In this document: positions 41,345-51,067 of the stretch, in pieces
Layout: each line of letters begins with the position of its first letter
Position numbering within the stretch: position 1 is the first letter of the stretch
NCBI GenBank assembly: GCA_965204535.1
Contig: OZ241996.1
Location: 1,408,001 to 1,472,000, forward strand
Reading direction: 5' to 3'
Source of the DNA: a bacterium
Lineage (GTDB): Bacteria; UBA8248
DNA: 64,000 nt
Translations under genes and position numbers: made by a program
The notes under the pieces: generated by a model
The model's database searches: none
What the model was told of the DNA's origin: nothing
Seen by the model: only the letters and a program-made list of their open reading frames with translations

Positions 41345-41669
41345 GTCTTTGCTCTCCATTCGTGAACCGGGTGATGGGTCGAAAAAGGGAAATTTGCGCA
41401 ATCTTACCCAAAAATGTTCGATAAATCTCCCGACATAAGGTGAAAAATTTCCATTTTGAAACGGGGTTTGCCGAACTTCGCAGGGACAGGCCCCCGCGCC
41501 TGTCCTGGTTGCATCCATCTTGAAAAGGACAACCACGTCGGATTATTCCTACGGTTCGATAATCTTTCATCCGCAGGAATCTTGCTCGGACCTGAAAATT
41601 TTTATCAATTTGCCGGCGAATCCGGCTTTCTCAGGGAATGCCTCGAATATGCTCGGCGAGAATTGCAGT

Positions 41670-41924
41670 TTAATTGACAGAAATTGAGATGTTGGCGAAT
41701 TTCAATACAATTTGAATCACAATCAACACGAGAAACATTGCCGTTCCCCAGCCCATGGCCTTGCTGATCTTGTTTTCAACGGCGCGCAACCGTTCGTCTA
41801 TTTTATCGATCCTCTCATCAAGTCGAGTGAAGCCCTGCATAATCCAATTCGATTCATTCGGAGGTGGAGTTGTCGGCTGTCTGGGCCCGATATTTTCCGG
41901 GCTGACACTACCCTTACCTTCCAT
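41670..41924 (-). CDS. small coiled-coil + C-terminal TM hypothetical protein
   Basis: RLDERIDKIDERLRAVENKI heptads followed by a hydrophobic helix; overlaps the upstream ORF by 11 nt. Confidence 0.65.
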   Translation of the reverse strand: MEGKGSVSPENIGPRQPTTPPPNESNWIMQGFTRLDERIDKIDERLRAVENKISKAMGWGTAMFLVLIVIQIVLKFANISISVN

Positions 41925-42195
41925 TGGCGCTCAACTTCACGCTAATCCACTCCCAAACTTCCGAGTTGTAGCGTCCCCAATAATTTGTTACAGGAATAAC
42001 GATTCCCGAAGTTGCAGGTTCTTCATCTCCGAGGCCAATTTTTGAAGCTAGCTGGCGGGTAGTTTCCCCCTCTGTAGCAACAAAAAAAGTATTGTCATCG
42101 TCATAATACCTGTCGCTATAGCGCTGTTCTAGTTTCCTTCTTACCAGCGCCGGGTCAGAGATGTTGAAGGCTACAAATACCTGCATCCTCGGCAT
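41914..42195 (-). CDS. small soluble hypothetical protein (93 aa)
   Basis: AAGGAG RBS close to the ATG; alternating beta/alpha pattern; C-terminal NYWGR...VWEWI. Confidence 0.7.
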   Translation of the reverse strand: MPRMQVFVAFNISDPALVRRKLEQRYSDRYYDDDNTFFVATEGETTRQLASKIGLGDEEPATSGIVIPVTNYWGRYNSEVWEWISVKLSANGR

Positions 42196-42301
42196 CTCCT
42201 TTCGTGGTCTAACTTATTAGCAAAGGAAATATCCCATAAATTTATCTAATCGGTCAATATCACGCAGGCGGCAGGCGATACTGCGCAAAATTTTCACGAC
42301 T

Positions 42302-43072
42302 CTACCCCTCCCGCTCCCACATCCGCCACCGCACGATGATCGCCCCGAACACCAGGACGAGCACCGCGCTCGCGAGATATGCGGCGCGCACCGGGCCGAA
42401 CCAGAGGCTGTCCGCGCGGAAGCCGCTCACCGCGGCGCGCCCCAAGGAGTAGAGGACGAAGTAGAGGCAGAAGATGAAGCCCGGCTTGTGGTTCGTGAGC
42501 CTCAAGCGTCTTAAGACGAAGAACCAGAGGAGGTTCAGGAGAAGCTCGTATATCATCACGGGGTGCGTCGCCTGTCCGGGAAACTCCCGGCCCGCGATGG
42601 AGGTCATCGGAAACTCCACGCCCCAGGGCATCGCCGTCGGCACGCCGTGGGCATCGCCGTTCATGAAATTGCCGAAACGCCCGAACACCTGCCCCAGCAT
42701 GATGGCCGGCGCCACCGCGTCTGCGAACTCCCAGGTGGATACCGCGTGGTTTCTCAAATACAGATAGCCGGCCAGCACGCCGCCGAGGAGGCCGCCGTGT
42801 ATGGCGAGGCCCCCTTTCCAGATGGTGAAGACCTCCCACAGGGCGCTCCGGTAAAACTCCCAGTTGAAGAGGACGTAATAGATTCTCCCGCCCAGGATGC
42901 CGGCGAACATGACGAGGAGGCCGAAGTTCATCACCTCATCGGGCGTGATGGGCATTCCCTTGCGCGCGGCTTCCCTCCTCACCAGCCAGACGCCCGCCAG
43001 CACGGCGGCGACGTACATGAGTCCGTACCAGCGCAACGCGAAGGGGCCGATTTCGAATATGACGGGGCTCAA
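42302..43072 (-). CDS. lgt: prolipoprotein diacylglyceryl transferase
   Basis: RWYGLMY, GGRIYYV, GGLAIHGG, GRFGNFMNG, HP..IYE. Confidence 0.95.
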   Translation of the reverse strand: MSPVIFEIGPFALRWYGLMYVAAVLAGVWLVRREAARKGMPITPDEVMNFGLLVMFAGILGGRIYYVLFNWEFYRSALWEVFTIWKGGLAIHGGLLGGVLAGYLYLRNHAVSTWEFADAVAPAIMLGQVFGRFGNFMNGDAHGVPTAMPWGVEFPMTSIAGREFPGQATHPVMIYELLLNLLWFFVLRRLRLTNHKPGFIFCLYFVLYSLGRAAVSGFRADSLWFGPVRAAYLASAVLVLVFGAIIVRWRMWEREG

Positions 43073-43137
43073 ATTTCTGTTTCCTTACCAGACGGCTGTG
43101 GATGGTGTGCGCGCGTTTCGTATGAGCCGCGCAACAA

Positions 43138-43310
43138 GGGGTTGTTAAAAATGCGGAGAGGGAAAATTTGTTTGTGTGTAGGGGTCGCATACATGCGACC
43201 CTGGTTTTTTCTCACCCCCTACACGGGCCGCATATATGCGGCCCCTACAAAAACCGCCCCTTCCCCAATCGAGTCAAAGCCTCGCACATCGGATATTCTC
43301 CAACAACCCC
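43138..43310. mobile_element. MITE-like element 5, possible 4-bp target duplication ACAA
   Basis: ACAA|GGGGTTGTTAAAAAT...TTCTCCAACAACCCC|ACAA; same GTAG palindrome pair as elements 1 and 6. Confidence 0.7.
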
Positions 43311-43345
43311 ACAAGATTCCAATTGATAGGCCCAAATCCATCCAG

Positions 43346-44428
43346 TTATTTCGGGTGGCGGTAGATCACGCTCTCGGGAAAATAATCCTTCCAGCCGAAC
43401 CAGAACGCGAGCGTCGTGGACAGCTGATTCAACCTCGCGCCCGCAAGCGGCCCGTCCACGGCCAGGCCGGTCAGGCGCTGCCAGCGCGATCCCGTTTTCC
43501 TGTCCTTCATGAACCTGCACGCTGCGGCGCCCTTGGCCCCGCTCTCCGTGATGAGTTCGAACTCGAGCACCTCGCCCTTCAGGACGCGGTCGAAAACGAC
43601 GCCCGTGCCCGCGCCCTCGCAATAGGTGACGAGAACGTCCCGGCCGGCGAAGCGGTCGTTCACGACGCCCGCGCGGTTCAAGTCGGCGAACGGGTAGACC
43701 TTGGCGACCTGCTCGCCCTTTTCTTTCGGGGAATCGAGCGCAAGAGCCACCAGCAGGGTTTTGGGATGTAAGCGATTATCGCGGTATTTCTCGGGGATCA
43801 CGCCGGTCTGAGCGCTGTAGTAATAGCCCTCATACGGATCGCGTGAAGGGCTTCGGAAGGCGCCCCCCATGCCTTTCAGCTTTTTTTTCAGCACCAGGGT
43901 GTCGGGATAGAGCTGCTTCCATTCCGAATAGCGCATCATGGCGGCAGGGAACGTCTTCAAGCGCTCCCCCTTGAGCGGTCCGATGAGGCCCTCCCCCGTC
44001 AGATGGCTCCAGAGCGTGTCCGTCTGGCGGTCGTACATGATGAGCACGTTTTTCCAGAGTTTTCCCGAAACGCCGAAGCTGAGCTTTTTGTCCCCCAGGT
44101 TACGGTCATACACGATGGCCGTGTAGCAAAGCGGTCACCAGGTGACGGAGACGGCGCTCCCGCCCACGACGTCGTTCACGATCTCGTGCGAACTGAGCAG
44201 GGGGACGGAATAGGCCCGCTTGTCGCCTTTGATGTTGATCCCGATGACCATCTCGTTCGGCTGCATGAAGCCCTCGGCATCTTTCACGCTCGCGTATTCG
44301 GGCGCATCGATGGCGGGAATGCCGTCTTTGGGCAGCAGGGTGCGGATCTCGGTTTCGGGACTCGCGCCCGATAGAGCCGGGAATGTGAGGATGACCAGGG
44401 CGAATAGAACGCTTTTCATATGCGGCAT
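43346..44428 (-). CDS. DUF3179-family secreted selenoprotein (UGA at 44135-44137 read as Sec; UxxC motif)
   Basis: ORFs 44135-44428 and 43346-44113 are in frame: SVTW-TGA-PLCYTAIVYDR. Family motifs LPKDGIPAID, HEIVND, FGVSGKL, YDRQT.TLWS, FWFGW. Confidence 0.85.
44109..44125 (-). promoter_or_regulatory. candidate bacterial SECIS hairpin
   Basis: TACACG-GCCAT-CGTGTA; the loop begins 16 nt after the UGA with G as first loop base. Confidence 0.6.
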
Positions 44429-44458
44429 GAAAATGCTCTCCTCAGGCGGCCTGAGCCG

Positions 44459-45880
44459 TTAGCGTTTGAATCCATGAAGCACGGTGAAAAATGTCCGCTC
44501 CCCGCGGTTCGTCCCGCGCACGACCTGGCCCAGGACGTTTGCGCCCGCCGGGATTTTTTTGAGCAACGCCTCGATGTCTTCGAGTTTTTCGATCGAGACG
44601 CGGACGGGCGTTTTCCCGTTTCCGGGCAGGCGGTAGGTCAGTCCGCGTATCACCATGCCCTCGCGCAGGCCGTCATAATAGGCCCTGCTGCCCTCATCCA
44701 CGCTACTGATATAAACGCCGCTGTCGGTTGTCAGATTGTTTTTTTCCTTGAGCTCATCGGTCAGGTTCTCAAGCGCCACACCGTAGTTTTTCCTGGTCTC
44801 GGGCTCATCGACCTTGGTGTTCCCCGCCAGAGTGCTCCTCGATTCCGGTTCCGGCAGACGGACCAGCTTGATCTTGAATTTCTTTCTTTGGGCATCGCGC
44901 ACCACTTCCACGGACACGTCGTCTCCCGGCGGCGTCCAGCCCACGAGCCGTTGGAGGTGGGCCGTATCCACGACGCTCGTGCCGCCGAGGCGGACGATGA
45001 CGTCCCCCATGCGGATGCCCGCCCCCTCCGCCGGCCCGTCCTTGAGCAAAGCGCCCACGAGCGCGCCCCTGGCTTTCGGGAGCCCCAGCAGGTAGGCCAT
45101 GTCCTGGCTGACCGGCTGGATGGTCACGCCCAGATAGCCACGCGGGAAGTTCCCGCTCCGTCTCAGGTATTTGATGACGTCTTTCGCCATGTTGACGGGA
45201 ATTGCGAACCCGATGCCGCTGCCGGGCGCCGGGATCGCCGTGTTGATGCCGATGACCTGGCCGTCGATGTTCACCAGGGGCCCGCCGCTGTTGCCCCGGT
45301 TGATGGCGGCGTCCGTCTGGATGAAATACTCATAGCGCGCGACGCCGACGCCGCTGCGCCCGATGCCGCTCACCACGCCCACCGTGAACGTCCTCGTGAT
45401 GCCGAACGGATCGCCCACGGCTATCGACCACTGCCCCACCTTCACCTTGTCGGAGTCTCCGAACGTCGCCACCGGCAGCTTGCGGTGCGGCTCGATTTTG
45501 ATGAGCGCGAGATCGGTATAGCGATCCGTGCCGACGATTTTCGCCCAATGCGCGGACTCATCCCAAAGGCGCACGCGCAGCCTGCGCGTATTGCTGACCA
45601 CGTGGTTGTTCGTGAGGATATATCCCGCCGGGTCGATGATGACGCCCGAACCCGAAGAGAAAGTCGGTATGTTCGGGTGGGGGGATTGGGGCGCCTGTTG
45701 CGCCGCTCCCTTGATTCTCTCCCCTTGTATGCTCACGACGGTCGGCTTCACATTTTCCGCAATACCGGTGAACGCCGCCTCGATCTTCCGCATGTAGTCG
45801 ATGCCCGGGTTCGCCTGTGCAGACGCAGCGAAACTCATGGACAAAATCAAAAGCATCGAAAGGATGAAGCGAAGAATCAT
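44459..45880 (-). CDS. HtrA/DegQ-family serine protease with two PDZ domains
   Basis: SGSGVII, LTNNHV, DLAL, QTDAAINRGNSGGPL, RGYLGV. Confidence 0.93.
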   Translation of the reverse strand: MILRFILSMLLILSMSFAASAQANPGIDYMRKIEAAFTGIAENVKPTVVSIQGERIKGAAQQAPQSPHPNIPTFSSGSGVIIDPAGYILTNNHVVSNTRRLRVRLWDESAHWAKIVGTDRYTDLALIKIEPHRKLPVATFGDSDKVKVGQWSIAVGDPFGITRTFTVGVVSGIGRSGVGVARYEYFIQTDAAINRGNSGGPLVNIDGQVIGINTAIPAPGSGIGFAIPVNMAKDVIKYLRRSGNFPRGYLGVTIQPVSQDMAYLLGLPKARGALVGALLKDGPAEGAGIRMGDVIVRLGGTSVVDTAHLQRLVGWTPPGDDVSVEVVRDAQRKKFKIKLVRLPEPESRSTLAGNTKVDEPETRKNYGVALENLTDELKEKNNLTTDSGVYISSVDEGSRAYYDGLREGMVIRGLTYRLPGNGKTPVRVSIEKLEDIEALLKKIPAGANVLGQVVRGTNRGERTFFTVLHGFKR

Positions 45881-45982
45881 GGAACCCCCACCATTTTGTT
45901 TCACCAGCGGCTTGTTATCCTGCAAGATTATACAGGGATGCCCGGTCTTTGTAAGCGCAAGAAGATATATGCTTCCCTTTTT

Positions 45983-46186
45983 GGCTGTTGGAAAAAGCCC
46001 TCCTCGGTCGGAATTGACGACCGCCGTCATTCTGGGCGTCATTGCCACTCCTGTTGTAGGGGTCGCATACATGCGACCCGGCTTTTTTCGCCGCCCGTCA
46101 TGGGCCGCATATATGCGGCCCCTACACAAACCGTCGCCTCCCGAGTCGCGTCAAACCCTCGTTCATCAGGATTTTATCAACACCCC
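45983..46186. mobile_element. MITE-like element 6
   Basis: GGCTGTTGGAAAAAG / TTTATCAACACCCC; the right ~130 bp is homologous to element 5. Confidence 0.65.
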
Positions 46187-46225
46187 ACCAGACAGTAGTA
46201 TCCTCATAACTCACGTGCACATAAC

Positions 46226-46684
46226 TCACTTAACCTCAAGTATCACCTCAAGTTCCACGGGCGCTCCCAGGGGCAGTTCCGCCACGCCCACCGCCACTCT
46301 GGCGTGCTTGCCCTTGTCTCCAAAAATCTCGGCGGCCAGATTGGACGCTCCGTTCACGACGAGGGGCTGGGCGGTGAAATCCGGCGCAACGGCCACGTAG
46401 CCGCTCATGCGCACGATCCTCTCCACGCGCTCCAGATCGCCCAGGGCCGCTTTCGCCTGCGCGATGGCGTTCAGGAAACAGAGCGCCGCGCATTCCTGGC
46501 CCTGCTCGACCGTGACGTCGAGCGGCACTTTTCCCTCATGAATCATTTTGCCGTCCCTTATCGGGATCTGGCCCGAGATGAACATCAAGGACCCGGAGAT
46601 GACGTATGGCACATAGGCCCCGACCGGCGCGGGCGCATCGGGCAGTTCGATTCCCAGTTCGTTCATTCGCTCGGCGACGCTCAT
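46226..46684 (-). CDS. RidA/YjgF family protein
   Basis: PAPVGAYVP, ISGQIP, NGAS, HARVAVGVAELPLGAPVE. Confidence 0.9.
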   Translation of the reverse strand: MSVAERMNELGIELPDAPAPVGAYVPYVISGSLMFISGQIPIRDGKMIHEGKVPLDVTVEQGQECAALCFLNAIAQAKAALGDLERVERIVRMSGYVAVAPDFTAQPLVVNGASNLAAEIFGDKGKHARVAVGVAELPLGAPVELEVILEVK

Positions 46685-47304
46685 TTCAGCTCTCCCCTCA
46701 TCGAGATGGTTTTGATTTTTTCGAATTCCTCGGGCGTGTTCGCGTTCAGAAAAGAGACCCCTTCGGCGTCCCACTCTCTCCAGACCGCCTCTTCCACACG
46801 CCTCACGCTCACGTGTTCGTGAAACCCTATCATCTTAAGACGCCCCCTCGAAATCGACTCCTCGATGTGGGGCGCGCAATCCTTTCCGTAGAGCGCGCAA
46901 AGCGGCTCGGGGTAGTCGTCCTTCACCGGAATTACGACGTCCCAGTCCTCCACCAAAGAGGCGAGGCCGCGGATGAGGGCGGGTTGCAAGAGCGGCATGT
47001 CGCAGCCCGCCACGAAGACGTGCGAGCACCTTGCTCTCACGACAGCCGTGTGGAGGCCGCCCAGCGAGTCGTTGCCGGGGTGAATGTCGCCCACCACGGC
47101 GAGACCCATTCGCTCGTATCCTTCTTTCTCGTTCGCCACGACGAACACTTCTTCGAACATCCCGCCCAAAGTGTCCGCGATGCGCCTGATGACGGGTATT
47201 CCGCCAATCTCCATCATGGATTTGTCCTGGCCCATCCGGCGGCTTCGGCCGCCCGCCAGGATGGCGGCGGAAAACGGCAGCCTGGGCGTTGATTCTGTGT
47301 TCAT
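46681..47304 (-). CDS. mobA: molybdenum cofactor guanylyltransferase
   Basis: ILAGGRSRRMGQDK, CDMP, EPLCALY, NANTPEE. Confidence 0.92.
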   Translation of the reverse strand: MNTESTPRLPFSAAILAGGRSRRMGQDKSMMEIGGIPVIRRIADTLGGMFEEVFVVANEKEGYERMGLAVVGDIHPGNDSLGGLHTAVVRARCSHVFVAGCDMPLLQPALIRGLASLVEDWDVVIPVKDDYPEPLCALYGKDCAPHIEESISRGRLKMIGFHEHVSVRRVEEAVWREWDAEGVSFLNANTPEEFEKIKTISMRGELK

Positions 47305-47347
47305 GCGGGGCGCTCCGGGAGGAGGCGATGAGCCGGAAACAATTGAT

Positions 47348-48619
47348 TCAGGAGTGCACCCGTTCGGGAGTGGCGGCTTCGACGTGCCCGGGTTTTTGAG
47401 AGGGCATCTCTTCCAGCAGGATCACCTGCACGCGGCTTCCGGCGGCGAGTTCGGTCTCATACTCGGGGAACACGACCAGGGCGTTCGCCCGCACCATGGA
47501 ATGCAGGATGTTGGAGCCCTGCGCCTCGATGGCCTGAACGGTCCATTCCTCCCCGTCGCGGTAGAGGACGGAGCGCACGTAGTGCCGCCGCTCGGGGGAT
47601 TTCGTGAGCGGGTGTAAGAGGCGCGCCTCCACGCTCGGGCGGAAGAGGTTCTCAAAACCCTGCATCTTGAGCAGCGACGGCCGTACGAACAGCTCGAAGC
47701 TCACCATGGTGGATACGGGGTTCCCCGGCAGGCCGAACACGGGCTTTCCGTTCAGCACGCCGAACGCCATCGGCTTGCCCGGCTTCATGCGCACGCGCCA
47801 GAAGCGCATGTCGTTTCCCAGCCCGCCCAGCGTGGATTTCACGAGATCGAAATCACCCACCGACACGCCGCCGCTGGTGATCAGGAGATCCGCGGCCAGG
47901 CCGTCGTTGATGTGGCGGGTCAGGTCTTCGGCGTTGTCCCGGGCGATGCCCAGGAGAACCGGTTCCCCGCCGGCTTCGAGCACCTGCGCGGCGAGAGCGT
48001 AGGAGTTGGAGTTGAATATCTGCCCCACGCCTGGGGCGTCGCCCAGATCGACGAGTTCCTCTCCCGTCGCGAGGATGGCCACCTTCGGTTTCTGGTACAC
48101 GTACACCCTCGCCCGGCCGATGTTCGCCAGCATTCCGGCGGAAGCGGGTCCCAGTCGGGCACCGCTTGAGAGAACCGTCTCGCCGGGCTGGACGTCTTCC
48201 CCTGCCAGACGGATGGCTTCTCCCTCGGGCACGGCGAGGAATATCTCTACCTCACCCTCAGAGATCCGCTCCGTCTCCTCGACGAGCACGACGGCGTCCG
48301 CCCCGTCGGGAATGGGCGCGCCCGTCATGATCTTGATGGCCCCGCCCGGGCCGAGGGTGCGGGTCGCCACGACGCCGGCCTGAATCTCCTCGACCACTTT
48401 CAGCGTCCTGGGCGTCTCCCGGCTCGCGCCCGCTACATCCTCCGCGCGCAGGGCGTAGCCGTCCATCGCCGAGTTGTTCCAGGGCGGAACGGGGCGTGAG
48501 GACCTCACATCCTCGGCCAGCACCCTGCCCGGACAATCGAGCAGACCCACCCGCTCGCGCCCCATCGGGTGAATCATCTCCAGTATCGAATTGCGAGCCT
48601 CTTCCACGCTGATCATCAT
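47348..48619 (-). CDS. moeA: molybdopterin molybdotransferase
   Basis: SAMDGYA, IMTGAPIP.GADAV, SGGVSVGDFD, KPGKP, LPGNPVS. Confidence 0.95.
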   Translation of the reverse strand: MMISVEEARNSILEMIHPMGRERVGLLDCPGRVLAEDVRSSRPVPPWNNSAMDGYALRAEDVAGASRETPRTLKVVEEIQAGVVATRTLGPGGAIKIMTGAPIPDGADAVVLVEETERISEGEVEIFLAVPEGEAIRLAGEDVQPGETVLSSGARLGPASAGMLANIGRARVYVYQKPKVAILATGEELVDLGDAPGVGQIFNSNSYALAAQVLEAGGEPVLLGIARDNAEDLTRHINDGLAADLLITSGGVSVGDFDLVKSTLGGLGNDMRFWRVRMKPGKPMAFGVLNGKPVFGLPGNPVSTMVSFELFVRPSLLKMQGFENLFRPSVEARLLHPLTKSPERRHYVRSVLYRDGEEWTVQAIEAQGSNILHSMVRANALVVFPEYETELAAGSRVQVILLEEMPSQKPGHVEAATPERVHS

Positions 48620-48762
48620 CGACTCCGAATGCTGTGAAAAGCGACCGGCCCCATCCCGGCCGCCGCTATTATAACCGACGCCGAGGCGGGAACAAACGGA
48701 GGACGGCTTCTGCAAGAGAACCCGGGTTTGCGAATTTCCGGCGTTTTCTTTAGAAATGCCCT

Positions 48763-49206
48763 ATGCCAAAGGACCAGTACAGCTACAAGAGTGAAATGCG
48801 CGTGCGCTTCGGCGAAACCGACTTGCAAGGCGTGGTGTTCAACGCCAACTACCTCCTCTACGTCGACACCGCGCAGATGGACTACCTGCGCACCATCGGC
48901 GTCCCCTACTTCGACATGCTCGAGCGCGGGTATGACATCGTGATCGTCGACGCCTCCCTCCAGTTTCTCGCACCCGCCCGTTTCGACGAGGTGCTCCACG
49001 TCTACGCGCGGATTTACGACATCGGGAACTCGAGCATCAGGATGGACTATGAGATCTACGAGGCGGAATCGGAGCGCTTCGTCGCCAGGTCGCAGACGGC
49101 CTATGTGATCATCGACAGGGAGTCGCAAAAACCCGTCCGCGTGCCTCCCTACATCCGCCGCGCCGTCAGGGAATTCGAGTCGAGAGAAGACATCGAAGAA
49201 ACGTAA
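48763..49206 (+). CDS. acyl-CoA thioesterase (YbgC/4HBT family)
   Basis: RVRFGETDLQGVVFNANY, PARFDE. Confidence 0.88.
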   Translation: MPKDQYSYKSEMRVRFGETDLQGVVFNANYLLYVDTAQMDYLRTIGVPYFDMLERGYDIVIVDASLQFLAPARFDEVLHVYARIYDIGNSSIRMDYEIYEAESERFVARSQTAYVIIDRESQKPVRVPPYIRRAVREFESREDIEET

Positions 49207-49471
49207 ACACAGGCGATTTCATGCTTCATGCGCCCCGGATAATGCAATTACCGCCAATTTCCGGCCATCGGCGAAAATCGCATCGTTGAGAAGCGCTCTG
49301 CTTCATGGTAAAATTCAGGAGTTCATAATCGCTGTATTGCAAGATCGCTTTTCGGGAAGTTCCGGCTTTGACGAGAGTGGGGGGCATTCGTCATCTTCAA
49401 ACCATAAACCAGTCGTGGGATCATTTTCGCTGTAGCAGGCACAGCATTCTGCAGCATAAACAGGAGGGAAT

Positions 49472-50476
49472 ATGATGAAATCGCTGAAACCATCGAAACG
49501 CGCTATTCCGTTCCTCACCCTTGCGCTGAGTTTGCTTATCGTCGTTGCGCTGGGGACCACACAGGCTCTTGCTGCATGGAAGCCCACGCGCCCGATTGAG
49601 TTCGTCATCATGGCGGGCAAGGGCGGCGGCGCGGACCGCATCGCCCGCCTCATGCAGAAGATCGTCACCCAGAACAAGTGGTCGCCCCAACCCCTGGTTC
49701 CGATCAACAAGAAAGGCGGCTCGGGCGCCGAGGCGATGCTCTATCTGCTGTCGAAAAAAGGGAACCCGCACGTCATCCTCGTGACGCTGAACAGCTTCTT
49801 CACCACCCCTGCCCTGCGGAAGCTGCCGGTGAACTACACGAAGCTCACGCCCGTCTACCGCCTGGCCATGGACACGTTCCTGCTCTGGGTCAACACGAAA
49901 TCGGGAATCAAGAACATGGATGATTTCGTGAAGGCCGTGAAAGCCAAGAAAGGGAAGTGGACGATGGGCGGCACGGGCAAGATGCAGGAGGACCAGCTCG
50001 TCACGAACATGCTCATGCAGGCCTACGGCCTCAAGGGCATGATCACCTACGTGCCCTTCCGGGGCGGCGGCACCGTGGCGAAAAACCTCGCCGGCGGCCA
50101 CGTCGATTCGACGGTGAACAACCCCTCCGAGGGTCTGCCGCACTATCCCGGCAAGATGAGGCCGATCGCCGCGCTGACGCCCGAGCGCATCCCTGCGTTC
50201 AAGGATGTCCCCACGTTCAAGGAACTGGGCCAGCCGCAGCTCGTGTACTTCATGCAGCGCAGCATCAACGCGCCCGGCGGCATCCCCAAGGACGCCCTGG
50301 CATGGTATACGAACCTGTTCAACAAGCTGTGCAATTCCAAGGAGTGGAAGGACTATACGTCCAAGAAGGCGCTGAACCGCGCCTGCCTGAGCGGCGCGCC
50401 GCTGGGCAAGTTCTTCGCCGATGAGGACGTGAAGCACAAGAAGCTGCTCATGGGCATGGGATTGCTGAAGAATTAG
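49472..50476 (+). CDS. tctC: tripartite tricarboxylate transporter substrate-binding protein (Bug/TctC)
   Basis: Signal peptide; PTRPIEFV..AG.GGG.D..AR, YVPFRGGG, DVPTFKELG. Confidence 0.9.
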   Translation: MMKSLKPSKRAIPFLTLALSLLIVVALGTTQALAAWKPTRPIEFVIMAGKGGGADRIARLMQKIVTQNKWSPQPLVPINKKGGSGAEAMLYLLSKKGNPHVILVTLNSFFTTPALRKLPVNYTKLTPVYRLAMDTFLLWVNTKSGIKNMDDFVKAVKAKKGKWTMGGTGKMQEDQLVTNMLMQAYGLKGMITYVPFRGGGTVAKNLAGGHVDSTVNNPSEGLPHYPGKMRPIAALTPERIPAFKDVPTFKELGQPQLVYFMQRSINAPGGIPKDALAWYTNLFNKLCNSKEWKDYTSKKALNRACLSGAPLGKFFADEDVKHKKLLMGMGLLKN

Positions 50477-50495
50477 TTTGCGGAGAAGAATCCAG

Positions 50496-50987
50496 ATGCA
50501 ACGGGCGGATAGGATAGTCGCCATCGGGCTGATTTTCGTGTCCCTCGGCGTCGCCTGGAAAGCTACGGAACTACCCGTCGGCATTCTTCCCAAAGAAGGG
50601 CCAGGAGGGGGTTTCCTCCCCTTCTGGCTTTCTTTGGGAATCGCCGCCGTGGCGCTGATGGTATTGATCCAGTCGCTGCTTTCTTCCCGCCGGGACAAAT
50701 CCGATACGGCCAGCGCGGGAGTCTTCATGAGCCGGGAAGGCTTGCGCGACCTGATGCGCGTCGGCCTGCCCGGAATGATCATGATCCTCCTGATCGGCGT
50801 TATCTCGGTCTATTTCTCGGCGGCTCTTTTCATTTTTTATTGCCTGTTCATGGTCGGGGGGCACAACCTCAAGACGAGCCTCGGCGTGTCGATAGGCGTG
50901 CCCGTCGTGGTGTATTACATTTTCGAGAAATTCTTGATCATCCCCCTGCCGAAGGGGTATGCGGAGTTTTTGTTTTACTGGAATTGA
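50496..50987 (+). CDS. tctB: tripartite tricarboxylate transporter small membrane subunit
   Basis: GPGGGFLP, several TM helices, C-terminal IPLPKG. Confidence 0.85.
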   Translation: MQRADRIVAIGLIFVSLGVAWKATELPVGILPKEGPGGGFLPFWLSLGIAAVALMVLIQSLLSSRRDKSDTASAGVFMSREGLRDLMRVGLPGMIMILLIGVISVYFSAALFIFYCLFMVGGHNLKTSLGVSIGVPVVVYYIFEKFLIIPLPKGYAEFLFYWN

Positions 50988-51067
50988 TGATTTCACCGTT
51001 TCCTTTGCCATCCGTCAGGAAATCTCCGTAATCGTGGGGGCAGGGTTTGTCCTAAGGGCCGGGTAAA

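Noticed and set aside
44420-46198. 592-aa plus-strand ORF, and similar long antisense ORFs over metY, amidase, tctA, tctC and MFS
   Set aside because: Shadow frames opposite well-supported genes.
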